This document shows positions 1 through 9,544 of a stretch of 64,000 nt of DNA, one piece after another (positions within the stretch are counted from its first letter, which is position 1; the number at the start of each line of letters is the position of its first letter). The DNA comes from Candidatus Bathyarchaeota archaeon. GTDB taxonomy: Archaea > Thermoproteota > Bathyarchaeia > Bathyarchaeales > Bathycorpusculaceae. The stretch covers positions 192,001-256,000 of the forward strand of contig CAWGYA010000002.1 in the NCBI GenBank assembly GCA_963826715.1. The letters run 5' to 3'. A model generated the notes under the pieces. It had not been told where the DNA came from. It worked only from the letters and a program-made list of their open reading frames with translations, and ran no database searches. The position numbers were made by a program, and so were the translations under genes.

Positions 1-408
1 CATAGGGTACTCAAATAAATTGCCCCCATAGGACCCCATAATGTTCTGAATGTTACCCCAAAACTGAAAAATTGACCACAATCCTGCCCATATCAGTGCA
101 CCTACAAGTCGCCGCATATATTTGCGCCTCCGACTTGCCGCCGGCCCAAGAAGGTTTTGGCTGAAAACTTCTCCTGCGACGGCGCCTGCTCCACCGGGGA
201 AAAAAGCGTTAATCAAAATCTTCTCGACTAGGTTGCCTGGGATGTAGTGGTCAACCCACGGAACTGCAAACCAGCTCAGTACAGGCAAAAGCACGTTACC
301 AGTGGCTAAACGAATTAGGACAGGCACAGCGTAGATGAAGGCTCCGCCAAGTTGCCAAATCCAAAACCGTCGAGATCGCAGTGTGTTTTTGAGTGCCTCT
401 AAAGACAT
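1..408 (-). CDS. Hypothetical membrane protein, 3' end outside window
   Basis: Read by hand: ATG at 408, open to the window edge (MSLEALKNTLRSRRFWIWQLGGAFIYAVPVLIRLATG...), several hydrophobic segments; absent from ORF track because it has no stop. Confidence 0.6.
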   Translation of the reverse strand, partial: MSLEALKNTLRSRRFWIWQLGGAFIYAVPVLIRLATGNVLLPVLSWFAVPWVDHYIPGNLVEKILINAFFPGGAGAVAGEVFSQNLLGPAASRRRKYMRRLVGALIWAGLWSIFQFWGNIQNIMGSYGGNLFEYPM

Positions 409-515
409 GGGTTTAGTGTAGCAATGGATGTTTTAAAAAGTTTTCAAATGGTTTGGCTATTTATTTTGCAATAGCTTTTTTAGTATTATCCAATTTTACT
501 TTTGCGGTGTATACA

Positions 516-1556
516 GTGGAAGAAGCAACAATTTGGGCTCCAGCTGATGGCGACACCTTTGTCACCTCAGACGGCTTCATAATGAACACGTTTGGCTACG
601 AGCACCCGGACGACCGCGTCTTTGCCTTTCTCAAATACATCCCCAACAAATACAAAGCGTTTTTCGATGTAGAGATGCTTTCCCGCACATGGAAATTCGG
701 CACTAACCCTCTAACGGCCCAATTATTTCGAGCTGAGAAGCTCTATACCGCAAAAAATTACCAAACATTCATCGAGGCCTTCCGTAAAAACTTCCCAAAT
801 TACCTCTTCTACGATGAAACACGCAGCAAAGAACTCATTACGGCACCGCTAGATAAGATTGAGCAAGTATTCGTCCCTAAAGATCGACTTGAATGGTTGG
901 AGAACTTAGCTAATCCCGATGATCTCCAAAAGCTCTCGCTGGAAATAGTTGATTTAATTAGTAATGAATCAGGAGTCCAGCACAGGGATCTAGGCATCCA
1001 CGGTTCAATCGCCCTAAATATGCATGCTCCTGAATCAGATATTGACTTTGTCGTATACGGTACAGAGAACTTCCGTCGCGTGGAACAAACAATTTCAATC
1101 CTCGTAAATCAGGGTACATTATCTTATATTGCGGGCAATCGTATTGAAGCTGCACGCAAATTCGTGGGGAAATACAAGGGCAAAATCTGGATGTATAACG
1201 CAACCAAGAAACCTGAGGAAATCCTTGGTAAATTTGGAGATTTCACTTACACAGCGCTGGCACCTGTGCGATTCTCTGCAACTATTTGCGATGACACACA
1301 AACCATGTACCGCCCTGCAGTCTACAAAATCAATAATTACCTCCCCCAAGATGCCCAATCTGAACTTGATCTCGACAAAATCCCCCTGCAGGTTATTTCA
1401 AACATAGGTTGCTACAGAAACGTCGCACGCGATGGTCAGCAAATAAAGGTTGCAGGCACCCTTGAAAAAGTCCAGTCAACTTATGATGAAAGATGTTTCT
1501 ATCAAGTTGTGGTGGGAACTGCCACTTCGGAAGAAGAGTATATATGGCCTATTTGA
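516..1556 (+). CDS. Pol-beta superfamily nucleotidyltransferase, COG1665-like (paralog 1)
   Basis: HGS...SDIDFVVYG motif and C-terminal OB-like segment; likely GTG start at 516 (track start 453). Confidence 0.8.
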   Translation: MEEATIWAPADGDTFVTSDGFIMNTFGYEHPDDRVFAFLKYIPNKYKAFFDVEMLSRTWKFGTNPLTAQLFRAEKLYTAKNYQTFIEAFRKNFPNYLFYDETRSKELITAPLDKIEQVFVPKDRLEWLENLANPDDLQKLSLEIVDLISNESGVQHRDLGIHGSIALNMHAPESDIDFVVYGTENFRRVEQTISILVNQGTLSYIAGNRIEAARKFVGKYKGKIWMYNATKKPEEILGKFGDFTYTALAPVRFSATICDDTQTMYRPAVYKINNYLPQDAQSELDLDKIPLQVISNIGCYRNVARDGQQIKVAGTLEKVQSTYDERCFYQVVVGTATSEEEYIWPI

Positions 1557-2617
1557 AGCTAAGAGACCGCGATTCAATCCAGTCGCCAGAAGGAATAATT
1601 TTTCGCGTCTTCGGTTACAGCCACCCATCAAACGCATATATCTGCGATGCAGAATACGCGAGTTCAGACATCTTTCACTCAACTGATCCACGGGCGCCAC
1701 GAGAAGGCAAAGGTACGCTTTTTTACAAATTTTACGGAGACGAAGGTATGAAACTAGTCTCCAAAACCTACCCGCAGTACCTCATTAACCATGATATGCT
1801 AAGGAAAAAAATCGTAGGTGTACCTAAAAATCTTGTTAAGGAATTTCGCCAACCACAACTACGACTAAAGGAACTTTTAAAACAAGGACCAACAGATCCT
1901 TTACTTGCATCTATGGAACGCGTCTTAAGCATCGTAGCATCCAGATCAGGAGTCTCCGTAGACAGTTTCGGCGTCTTCGGTTCAATGCTGCATGGCTTCC
2001 ATCACCCAAAATTTTCGGATATTGACTTTACAATTTACGGAAAAACAGAAAATCGTAAAATCGTGGATATCAACAAGCAACTATATTCTGACCCGACCTC
2101 AGGACTTGCAAATGAGTTCTCTACTGAAGACGTCATGAAAGGAAAAACCTGGCTCTTCAAAAACTTTACTGTACCAGATTTTGTGTGGCATCAACGCCGC
2201 AAATATATCTATGGTCTTTATGACGACCGAAAGCACAGCGGCAGAATCATTAAAGCCGAATTTGAACCTGTCAAAGCTTGGAACGAAATCAAAAACGAAT
2301 ACAACTCCAACTGTCACATCAAACAGTTAGGCTGGGTAAAGCTTAAAGCACAGGTGACGACGGATGCCGAAGGACCCTTTATACCCTCAATATACGGGAT
2401 TAAACCGCTAGAGGTTCTAAGTGGTTCCAAAAAAGCTCTTGAGGCGGAGCGGATTTTTAGTTACATGGAGGAATTCCGACAGCAAGTACAACGCGATGAA
2501 ACCGTAATCGTGGAGGGCACCCTCGAGGAAGTCACATCACCTACAGATAGTTATCTACAGGTTACATTGACGTATTGCCCAAGATACTACGAACAGGTTC
2601 TCAGAGCTCTACATTAG
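1544..2617 (+). CDS. Pol-beta superfamily nucleotidyltransferase, COG1665-like (paralog 2)
   Basis: FGS...SDIDFTIYG motif; ATG at 1544 overlaps the end of paralog 1. Confidence 0.8.
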   Translation: MAYLKLRDRDSIQSPEGIIFRVFGYSHPSNAYICDAEYASSDIFHSTDPRAPREGKGTLFYKFYGDEGMKLVSKTYPQYLINHDMLRKKIVGVPKNLVKEFRQPQLRLKELLKQGPTDPLLASMERVLSIVASRSGVSVDSFGVFGSMLHGFHHPKFSDIDFTIYGKTENRKIVDINKQLYSDPTSGLANEFSTEDVMKGKTWLFKNFTVPDFVWHQRRKYIYGLYDDRKHSGRIIKAEFEPVKAWNEIKNEYNSNCHIKQLGWVKLKAQVTTDAEGPFIPSIYGIKPLEVLSGSKKALEAERIFSYMEEFRQQVQRDETVIVEGTLEEVTSPTDSYLQVTLTYCPRYYEQVLRALH

Positions 2618-3630
2618 TGGCAAAGCACCATGTAGTCGTCAGGTTTGTTACCTAAGATTAGGCGATAATGTTTGCCGCATGTCTTCTGGTTAGTTACATA
2701 CTCAATTTTTCCCTGCAACTCAACTTGTTCTCCGACGGTTGCTTGCATGCAGAATCTACCGCGGTATGAAACGACTTCTTTTATTGGGGAAAGTTCTGGA
2801 CCCTCAAGTACTTTCACGTCATCTAGCACATAAGTGCAGGGAGTAAACAGCGCTTCGGAAGCCTCAACCACTCTCGCTTGGATTTTAACGTAGCCGCTAT
2901 TTCGGTACCAAATATCGCCGTACTGAACGTTTGCTTCACTGTATTCTTTGACAAAGCGGATAAAGTAGTCAGTACCAATGTATTTACCCTGGAACGCTTT
3001 TCGCCTCTCCACTGCTTGAAAATCTTGAAAGCTCATCTTGGTATCTTTTACTCGGAAATCAAAAAGATCATGCAACTCTTGCTCTGAGTAAGGTTTGAAT
3101 CCCGACTCAGGTTCACCCAACAACCTTTGCAATGCAGCGTAGGCTTTGCGGCAATTTTCGGTGCCGTAGACGAGAGGGTCAATATCAGATTTTTCGTTTG
3201 TAAGCTCAGCCATAATTGACCCTGAGACACCAATGCTGCTCCATGGAATATCCGCCTCAGCCTTAAGCGCAGAAGCCAACTGGAGCCCTTTGTACTCTAG
3301 CAGTGTAAGGTCTTTAGCGGAGCGGAGCTCCCAGAGCTTCTCTTCAGGTCGATAATGCTCAATAATTAGGGCTATTGGAACTTCGCATAAGGTTTCGTCG
3401 AAAACGGAGTCGTAAATAACAAGGTCAGGGGCATTTTCCTGCAGGTACCTAAAGCGGTCAGAGAGACTGTAGACTTTGCCGTAGGTTGTTCCTTTCAGTT
3501 TTCGGTTGCCCTCTGGAAGGGGAATGAAGCGGGGAAATGCTATTATTTTGTCAGGGGGGTGAATTGTGCCTTTGACGTCGAAAACCACGCCGTCTCGTGT
3601 TTTAATAAGGTCTCCTTCGCGCGCCTTCAT
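2614..3630 (-). CDS. Pol-beta superfamily nucleotidyltransferase, COG1665-like (paralog 3)
   Basis: SGS...SDIDPLVYG motif; N-terminal REGD...FDVKG..HP motif; convergent with paralog 2. Confidence 0.85.
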   Translation of the reverse strand: MKAREGDLIKTRDGVVFDVKGTIHPPDKIIAFPRFIPLPEGNRKLKGTTYGKVYSLSDRFRYLQENAPDLVIYDSVFDETLCEVPIALIIEHYRPEEKLWELRSAKDLTLLEYKGLQLASALKAEADIPWSSIGVSGSIMAELTNEKSDIDPLVYGTENCRKAYAALQRLLGEPESGFKPYSEQELHDLFDFRVKDTKMSFQDFQAVERRKAFQGKYIGTDYFIRFVKEYSEANVQYGDIWYRNSGYVKIQARVVEASEALFTPCTYVLDDVKVLEGPELSPIKEVVSYRGRFCMQATVGEQVELQGKIEYVTNQKTCGKHYRLILGNKPDDYMVLCH

Positions 3631-3699
3631 GATACTTCAGTCCCTGTAAGTTGCTTCAATTGTTTGTAGATTTTTACGAAACCGCTTATTTATAATCGT

Positions 3700-3720
3700 A
3701 ACTACTAACATTTAGTAGTT
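3700..3720. repeat. Perfect 9-bp inverted repeat AACTACTAA-CAT-TTAGTAGTT overlapping the integrase stop codon
   Basis: Seen directly in sequence. Confidence 0.6.
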
Positions 3721-4943
3721 CCCCCTTGATGAACTGCACTAAACCGTTTCGGCTTCTTAAAGCAATGGTGTTCTTCTCCGTTGATTTTTACAACGGAATA
3801 TTCTAACCAACCGTCAGAACCTAGCCGTAATATATCTTCAAGACTTGTGGCGCTAGTAGTGTCGAAGTCGTCAGATTGAAAGTTAATTTTCCCTATATAT
3901 TTCATGGTTGATTGAATAGCTTTGTGTCGCAGTAACCGCTTAACTTCTAAAGTGTTACCGTTAGTCTCAAATGCAATCTTTGTACCGCCCCAATGCCTAA
4001 AACCTCTAAGCTCCACTGCTAAGATTCTTTCGGCGCTTGTATCGTCTGGATATAGCTGTTGATTCGCAACGCGACGTTTTAGCCTATTAAACGATATGCC
4101 TAAACTCTGGACCGAATAGGGAAAAATCCGTTGGTTTATGTGGGGTAATGCACTAATCATTGAGAGCAGTTTTGCAGATACCGGAATAGTTCCAGAATTA
4201 TGTCCTTTTACGGGATGGTTGATTTTTATTGTTTGGCTCTTAAGGTCAACGTCTATCCATTCAATACGTCGTGCTTCGCCTGGATCGCAATAAGTTTCTT
4301 TTAGGGTTCTTAGATAGGCAGCCATGCGTTTAGATTGTGCAGCGGTAATAAGCGCGTCTAACTCGCATTCATAAGGCACATACACTTCTTTTTCTTCTTG
4401 TTTATAGCCTGGGTTATCGAAGGGAATCTTTAGCATAGCACAGAAAGCAGCGTAGGCGCTACAATAGAATGCTTTAGTTCCATTGCTAACTTTCTTTATT
4501 TCCTTAGTTTTACGGTCTTTAAATGTAAGCCTGGCAATAGTTGATTTCACGTTTTCGGGTTCAAGTAGATTTACGCCTTTTAATGCTAACTGCCGTATTA
4601 TGCGGGGGTATGCTGTATCACCACTGTAAGCGTTGTTTTCAAGATAGCCATAGAATCGCGTGATTAAGCCGCGTATATCGGGGGAAAGTCTAACATCATC
4701 CGCACAGTCGTGATATTTCTGTGCGAAGCGCAAATTTTTCACCTGTTGATTGGCGCGTATTTGGCTTGGAGCTAAATTGTCATTGACACAATTTAAGCTA
4801 GTCGGTAATGTATATCGGTACATACACCGACGGCAAATATAACGCTGTTTTTCTGTGCCATCAGATAGCTTTCGAGTTCCATCTTTATGCGGTTCTTCAC
4901 TGCCGCATTCGGGGCAAACAAGGGCGGCCACCTTTTGCGACAT
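3705..4943 (-). CDS. Tyrosine recombinase/integrase with N-terminal Zn-ribbon
   Basis: CPECGS...QRYICRRC Zn ribbon; RGFRH, LLRHK and TMKY box-II residues; ATG 4943 preceded by GGAGG. Confidence 0.9.
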   Translation of the reverse strand: MSQKVAALVCPECGSEEPHKDGTRKLSDGTEKQRYICRRCMYRYTLPTSLNCVNDNLAPSQIRANQQVKNLRFAQKYHDCADDVRLSPDIRGLITRFYGYLENNAYSGDTAYPRIIRQLALKGVNLLEPENVKSTIARLTFKDRKTKEIKKVSNGTKAFYCSAYAAFCAMLKIPFDNPGYKQEEKEVYVPYECELDALITAAQSKRMAAYLRTLKETYCDPGEARRIEWIDVDLKSQTIKINHPVKGHNSGTIPVSAKLLSMISALPHINQRIFPYSVQSLGISFNRLKRRVANQQLYPDDTSAERILAVELRGFRHWGGTKIAFETNGNTLEVKRLLRHKAIQSTMKYIGKINFQSDDFDTTSATSLEDILRLGSDGWLEYSVVKINGEEHHCFKKPKRFSAVHQGGTTKC

Positions 4944-4944
4944 C

Positions 4945-7455
4945 TTAATAATCCTCCTGGGTAGGTTGGGGAGCGGACCAACCATTACAGTTTAAAGGCA
5001 TAGGTTGATCTCTCGGTAACTTCTTAGTGAAATTAGGGCATTTAGACAAGCCAAAAGTGCCGCAATCAAAACCACATTTAAAATTTGAGTTTAGGGTTTC
5101 CCTAAGCGTTGGCGATACAGATGATACAGGCAAAACATACTCTTTATTTTTTACATTATTTTTTTCCACAATAGTAGGAGGATAAAATGCTGTATCAAGT
5201 GTATCACCTGTATCATTTTTAGCGGATAACTCCAGAATTTCGCCTTCATCAGTAATGTTTTTTAGCTTAAAGCCCTTCCAAGCCCTTTCTTGTTTCGGTT
5301 TTCTAATTAAGTGCGGTTTGATTTTTTGTGTTTCTTTAATTTTTTGTTGTAAAAACTTTTCTTCTGGGTCCAAGCCTAAAACGTCACAGTAATTCAAATA
5401 TGCGTCTGTTACTTCGCTTCTAGTTGTTATTGTGTTTTTATCAAGAATGAACATATCTTTGATAAATGCGCTTAATGTGTCGCTTGCTCTTAGAAACTCT
5501 ATTTCTGTTTCTCTTTGTGTTTTGCTTTCGGTGAAATGTCCTTGTTCTAATAAGCGTTGTAAGCCTTGAAGCATCCAATTTAATATACCGCTTCGTTCAT
5601 CATTGATCTTTAACCAATTATCTTCCACATTTTGAATTTGGTTTGTGCCTAAGAATTCATTGGGAAACTTTAAGAATAATCTACGTTCTTTAAATGCGAT
5701 TGTTTGGTCATAGACTTTTGGAAATTTGTTTGCCAATACCGTTATTTTTGCGTAGCTTCTAAAATCTAAACGATCTTGTTTGCCTTTCATTTCTGCGCTA
5801 ATTGTGTCTTGCCCTGTGGCTTTTTTGAGTAAGTTTGTTTGTAAGGCTTTTTTTGTTGAAGGTTCCGAGCATGGATTAAACAGTTTGCCGTATAGCTGTT
5901 TCATTGCGAACCGGTGGTTTCCATCGAATTCTTCTAATCCTACACCTGAAATATTATCTTTACCAAGTATGGCTTCCATTATGCGTTGCCAAACACCTTT
6001 TCCGTTTCTGCCTGTGCCTACCATCCACATCATTTTATGAAAACGGTAGTCTGGTAAAAGCAAAAATCCGCTCCATTCTTGAAGGGTTGGTATATCATCA
6101 TCTGCAACTATTTGTTTAACAAAACTTTCCCAATTTGGACATTTTGCTTCTGGTTCATAGATTATCGGGATTTCTTGAAATGCCATTTCATCTAGATTAA
6201 ACGGTGTTAGTTGTTGGGCTTCAAGGTCTAATAATCCATTAACGCAAGCTATTTTATTGCTAAATTCAATTTTTGTATAGCTTAAACTTACTAGGCTGTG
6301 TAGTATGTTTCTGTAATGGCTTTCTCGATCTTCGTTTTCTAAGATTTTTGTTACTATACTTTTTAATTCTCTTGCGCCTTTGGCTGTCCATCTTCCTGTT
6401 TTTATATCTCCAAAATAAAGTATGTCGGTTTCTTTGTCGGCTTTGAAGTGGTCATGTTCATAAAGCCATAATGCAACTTTAGCGGGTTTGAATTCAGCGG
6501 GTTTCTTTTTTTCTGTGTTGAATGGGAATAAGTCATTATATTTTGGGTATTTTATCCCTTTGTTTTCAACTTGTGTTTTAATTTCATCTATTACTCTTAA
6601 CTCATGTCCTGCCCAGAGTTTTTTTGCTCTTTCTTCTTTGGTTTCGTTTAATTCTTTTCGGTATGTTGCTTTAGCTTCTGCGTTAATTGCGGCTTTTAAT
6701 GCTCTATCGAAATATTCTTGATCTAATAGTGGTGGATCGCATAGTTTTCCAAATCTATTTAATTCTGTTAGGGCTAAATCATATCCAAGTCTTAAGTTTG
6801 CGATTAAATGATAAGCGTAACTCATGGCTTTAGCGTGTCTTTTTCCACTTGCTATGCCTTGTTGCATTTCGTCTAATATTATTTTCTCGTTTTCTGTTCT
6901 ATATGGTTTTAATGCGTTGGTAAAATCGTCATATTCCATTTTTGCGATAGGAACGTCATTAATAATTTTGTATCTGCCCTGTATATGTTCGCCATCTTTA
7001 TTGTAGTAATCAACATCTGTTCCTGCGGCTACGATATATTGATTATTTACTCGAATTTCTCCAGCTCCTATTGCTCTGCCTTTTTCGTCTAAATCGCCTG
7101 GGATATGTAATGTTCCGTTTGGTGGTGCGGTGTTATTTTTTCCCCATACTAAAAAGTAAAAATGTGGCAGTTTTCTTCCGACTGATAAAACTTCGAATGT
7201 TCGGGGTAATACTTTTCTTATTATGTCTGCCATTTCTTGTTTGTCGGTATCAATAGGAACTAAGAAGTCACCGCCCATTATTCCCCAATTTGTTATTCCT
7301 GCTTTTTCTAATTCCTCTGGGGTTTTTAGGTGTTCACAATAGCCTCCTAATTCTTTTGGTGCTTTGTTTGATTTGACTTCAAGAAAACGGTTTAAACTTA
7401 ATTCAGCTTCGCGAAGTCTGAAAATTAAGCGTTCCTGTTCGGGTTTGAAGGTCAT
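4945..7455 (-). CDS. Bifunctional primase-polymerase fused to D5/P4-type SF3 helicase
   Basis: Primpol motifs NWGI...IDTD, HFYF, GEIR; Walker A GTGRNGKG; SF3 motifs LKKATGQDTISAEMK and LANKFP. Confidence 0.9.
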   Translation of the reverse strand: MTFKPEQERLIFRLREAELSLNRFLEVKSNKAPKELGGYCEHLKTPEELEKAGITNWGIMGGDFLVPIDTDKQEMADIIRKVLPRTFEVLSVGRKLPHFYFLVWGKNNTAPPNGTLHIPGDLDEKGRAIGAGEIRVNNQYIVAAGTDVDYYNKDGEHIQGRYKIINDVPIAKMEYDDFTNALKPYRTENEKIILDEMQQGIASGKRHAKAMSYAYHLIANLRLGYDLALTELNRFGKLCDPPLLDQEYFDRALKAAINAEAKATYRKELNETKEERAKKLWAGHELRVIDEIKTQVENKGIKYPKYNDLFPFNTEKKKPAEFKPAKVALWLYEHDHFKADKETDILYFGDIKTGRWTAKGARELKSIVTKILENEDRESHYRNILHSLVSLSYTKIEFSNKIACVNGLLDLEAQQLTPFNLDEMAFQEIPIIYEPEAKCPNWESFVKQIVADDDIPTLQEWSGFLLLPDYRFHKMMWMVGTGRNGKGVWQRIMEAILGKDNISGVGLEEFDGNHRFAMKQLYGKLFNPCSEPSTKKALQTNLLKKATGQDTISAEMKGKQDRLDFRSYAKITVLANKFPKVYDQTIAFKERRLFLKFPNEFLGTNQIQNVEDNWLKINDERSGILNWMLQGLQRLLEQGHFTESKTQRETEIEFLRASDTLSAFIKDMFILDKNTITTRSEVTDAYLNYCDVLGLDPEEKFLQQKIKETQKIKPHLIRKPKQERAWKGFKLKNITDEGEILELSAKNDTGDTLDTAFYPPTIVEKNNVKNKEYVLPVSSVSPTLRETLNSNFKCGFDCGTFGLSKCPNFTKKLPRDQPMPLNCNGWSAPQPTQEDY

Positions 7456-7676
7456 TGGTAACGCCTCCGAATTTGTGAATTAGCTATTTCGCTTCGTTGT
7501 GTGAATTCAAAGACACGCGCGGCTTCCATTGTGAAGATTTTTTGCGAAATATAATTTGAGTCAAGCAAGCAATAGGTTTCGGGCTTAAAATTTTTGCATC
7601 GGTCTGTGCATCGGGAGCAACTTGTAATGCCTCGCGGTCTGGAGGTTTTACGCATGAATTCATCTAAGGCTGTCAT
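7452..7676 (-). CDS. Small Cys-rich protein of the element
   Basis: 74 aa, CSRC...C...C; GGAGG SD; stop overlaps primase ATG (ATGA). Confidence 0.7.
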   Translation of the reverse strand: MTALDEFMRKTSRPRGITSCSRCTDRCKNFKPETYCLLDSNYISQKIFTMEAARVFEFTQRSEIANSQIRRRYQ

Positions 7677-7753
7677 GGCGCAACCTCCTGTAATTTATCG
7701 GCTAGGTCAACTTGATAAAAACTTTTAAGTTGTGACTGTGAATTATATATCAA
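7673..7753 (-). CDS. 26-aa small ORF (MIYNSQSQLKSFYQVDLADKLQEVAP)
   Basis: TTG start with GGAGG SD; start and stop both overlap neighbouring ORFs. Confidence 0.5.
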   Translation of the reverse strand: MIYNSQSQLKSFYQVDLADKLQEVAP

Positions 7754-7920
7754 GTGACAATTCCCTCCTCTAAGTCTAATCCGCTTGTGGTGGGGTTTTT
7801 GTTACTTGGGGCAGTCTGCTTGGCGGCGGTTGCCTCAAGTTTTCTTTTAGATCTATATTGCCGTTGAACTAGTGCCATTGCGGCGCGAATATCAGCGGGG
7901 TTTTTGAATTGTTTTTTCAT
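7750..7920 (-). CDS. 56-aa basic small protein (MKKQFKNPADIRAAMALVQRQYRSKRKLEA...)
   Basis: ATG with GGTGA SD; TGA overlaps next TTG. Confidence 0.6.
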   Translation of the reverse strand: MKKQFKNPADIRAAMALVQRQYRSKRKLEATAAKQTAPSNKNPTTSGLDLEEGIVT

Positions 7921-7926
7921 ACTATT

Positions 7927-8025
7927 TCACCACGTCTTGAATTTTATTGAGGGTTTTTTGCCTTTAAAGGTTCTATTATAGTCTAATATTGTTTTGAACG
8001 ATATGTCTTTTTTAGAGTTATTCAT
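7927..8025 (-). CDS. 32-aa basic small ORF (MNNSKKDISFKTILDYNRTFKGKKPSIKFKTW)
   Basis: ATG with GAGGGTGA SD; stop lies within the SD of the next ORF. Confidence 0.5.
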   Translation of the reverse strand: MNNSKKDISFKTILDYNRTFKGKKPSIKFKTW

Positions 8026-8029
8026 TAAT

Positions 8030-8410
8030 TCACCCTCTAACATTGGCTTGAGAAGTAAGCAAAGGTAACTTTAAGGTTTTTTGCAAAGTCGAATTGACAA
8101 AACAACCTCAAAAATCACTCTAAAACACGAATAATTAGCATAAATTAAAGATAATTTAAGGAAATAAAAAATAATTAATAGGGTGTTTTGCCTGGGAAAA
8201 ATAAATTTATTTTTAATTATCAATAATCGAACGATAATTAACAATAAATAAATTAATATTATTTTTTATGGTTCTGTTAATTCATGGACGATACTTCTAG
8301 TTGTTAAAAATCGGATGACAAAACCCTGTTTTCTGTTGCTCAAAAATAAACTGTTAACTTTCGGGTCATATCCGGCTGATATAACATAGAAAAATCATTT
8401 TTTTCCCTGA
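8030..8410. other. Very AT-rich non-coding region; promoter and possible replication origin of the element
   Basis: No ORFs, long A/T runs, directly upstream of the replication operon. Confidence 0.35.
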
Positions 8411-8413
8411 TCA

Positions 8414-8599
8414 CTAATCTATGGAACATTTTATTGCAACATCACTCTTCTGCAAGGTTTTATCTACAAGTTTCTTTTTGTCTAAACCATCTGGAAAAAC
8501 ATCGTTTTCCAACAAGTTTTTGGTTACCCCCTCTAAGAGGTCAGTCCCAAAGAATTTACAATAAAAAGTCAATAAAAACGAAAATAGGCTAAAGACCAT
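8414..8599 (-). CDS. Hypothetical ORF or gene remnant
   Basis: 61 aa; frame stays open ~50 codons upstream without a canonical start, suggesting a truncated gene. Confidence 0.3.
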   Translation of the reverse strand: MVFSLFSFLLTFYCKFFGTDLLEGVTKNLLENDVFPDGLDKKKLVDKTLQKSDVAIKCSID

Positions 8600-8739
8600 T
8601 GATTTTCTAGCATTTTTCTGAATCCATTTTATAGCATCTTTTTCTTTCGGTGCTTCGGGGTCTAGGGCATCTAAATGTAGATAATGCTGAAAAGGGCATT
8701 TCCTACTATAAAATCCAGTGTATGTTAGAGCTGAAAAAA

Positions 8740-8847
8740 TTATGGTTTTTTAAGTCTTTTAACCCCGTTATTAAGGGCATGCAAAATTCTGGAATCTTCA
8801 TTAATAATGCGCAGAGCTATTTCCATTGGATCCTTACAATTTGCCAT
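8740..8847 (-). CDS. 35-aa candidate antitoxin (MANCKDPMEIALRIINEDSRILHALNNGVKRLKKP)
   Basis: ATG overlaps the 3' end of the Doc/Fic gene; amphipathic helix pattern like Doc-neutralising peptides. Confidence 0.5.
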   Translation of the reverse strand: MANCKDPMEIALRIINEDSRILHALNNGVKRLKKP

Positions 8848-9280
8848 TTTTAATCCATCCTTCTATTTCCTCAATATTGTATTTACGTATGTCTTTTATA
8901 AACCTGATGATTCTCTGCTCAACTTTCTCATTGAACTCAACATCATTCTTTTCAAGGAAGGTCTTAGTTACGATATACGCTGTTCTATGGTGACCATCTT
9001 GAAAGATTCTGCTAGTAGCGATATCCTTCAATAGAATTGCCGCTTTACGATATATGCCTTCCGCAGCCTTAGCCTCTTCAAGAAAATATATATACGGTTT
9101 TAAACCCACATCAAAACCGTCCCAGCCGCCAATCCGTTGAATCATCACATCATGAGCGGCTACAATAAACCAGTCTGGAGGATACCAAACATCACCTTCA
9201 ATGCCTTCTTCACAATCAGGAACTTTTAAGGGTTCTTCTTTAGCATTTTTATTTGGTTTTACTTTTTGATATTGCGGCAT
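8834..9280 (-). CDS. Fic/Doc family protein with non-canonical motif
   Basis: IYRKAAILL...RIFQDGHHRTAY...FLEKN matches the Doc core. Confidence 0.85.
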   Translation of the reverse strand: MPQYQKVKPNKNAKEEPLKVPDCEEGIEGDVWYPPDWFIVAAHDVMIQRIGGWDGFDVGLKPYIYFLEEAKAAEGIYRKAAILLKDIATSRIFQDGHHRTAYIVTKTFLEKNDVEFNEKVEQRIIRFIKDIRKYNIEEIEGWIKNGKL

Positions 9281-9346
9281 CCAGATTTATTATCTTTTAC
9301 CTGATTTAAACTTAAATGTTCTATCGCTTCAATGAGCTATTAATAT

Positions 9347-9544
9347 TTAACAATAATTTATAAACGGAAAATAGTCTATAGGGAGCTGGTCTTTTGAAGG
9401 CTTGAATCGCTGCTTTTTGCAGTAAGTATAAGGCGCTGCGCGTTCGGCTGGATAATTATGTTTTCTGCCCTTATCGGTTCTTGGGGTAACTCCGCGTTTT
9501 TTGCGTGGCTTAAATCCTGAAACTTCAACATTGGAGCTAACCAA
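9347..9544 (-). CDS. Small basic hypothetical protein
   Basis: 65 aa, K/R-rich; TTG start with GGAGG SD. Confidence 0.5.
   Translation of the reverse strand: MVSSNVEVSGFKPRKKRGVTPRTDKGRKHNYPAERAAPYTYCKKQRFKPSKDQLPIDYFPFINYC

Noticed and set aside
516-3630. Nucleotidyltransferases as CBASS or MNT-HEPN defence
   Set aside because: No effector or HEPN partner; size and domain order fit the COG1665-like family
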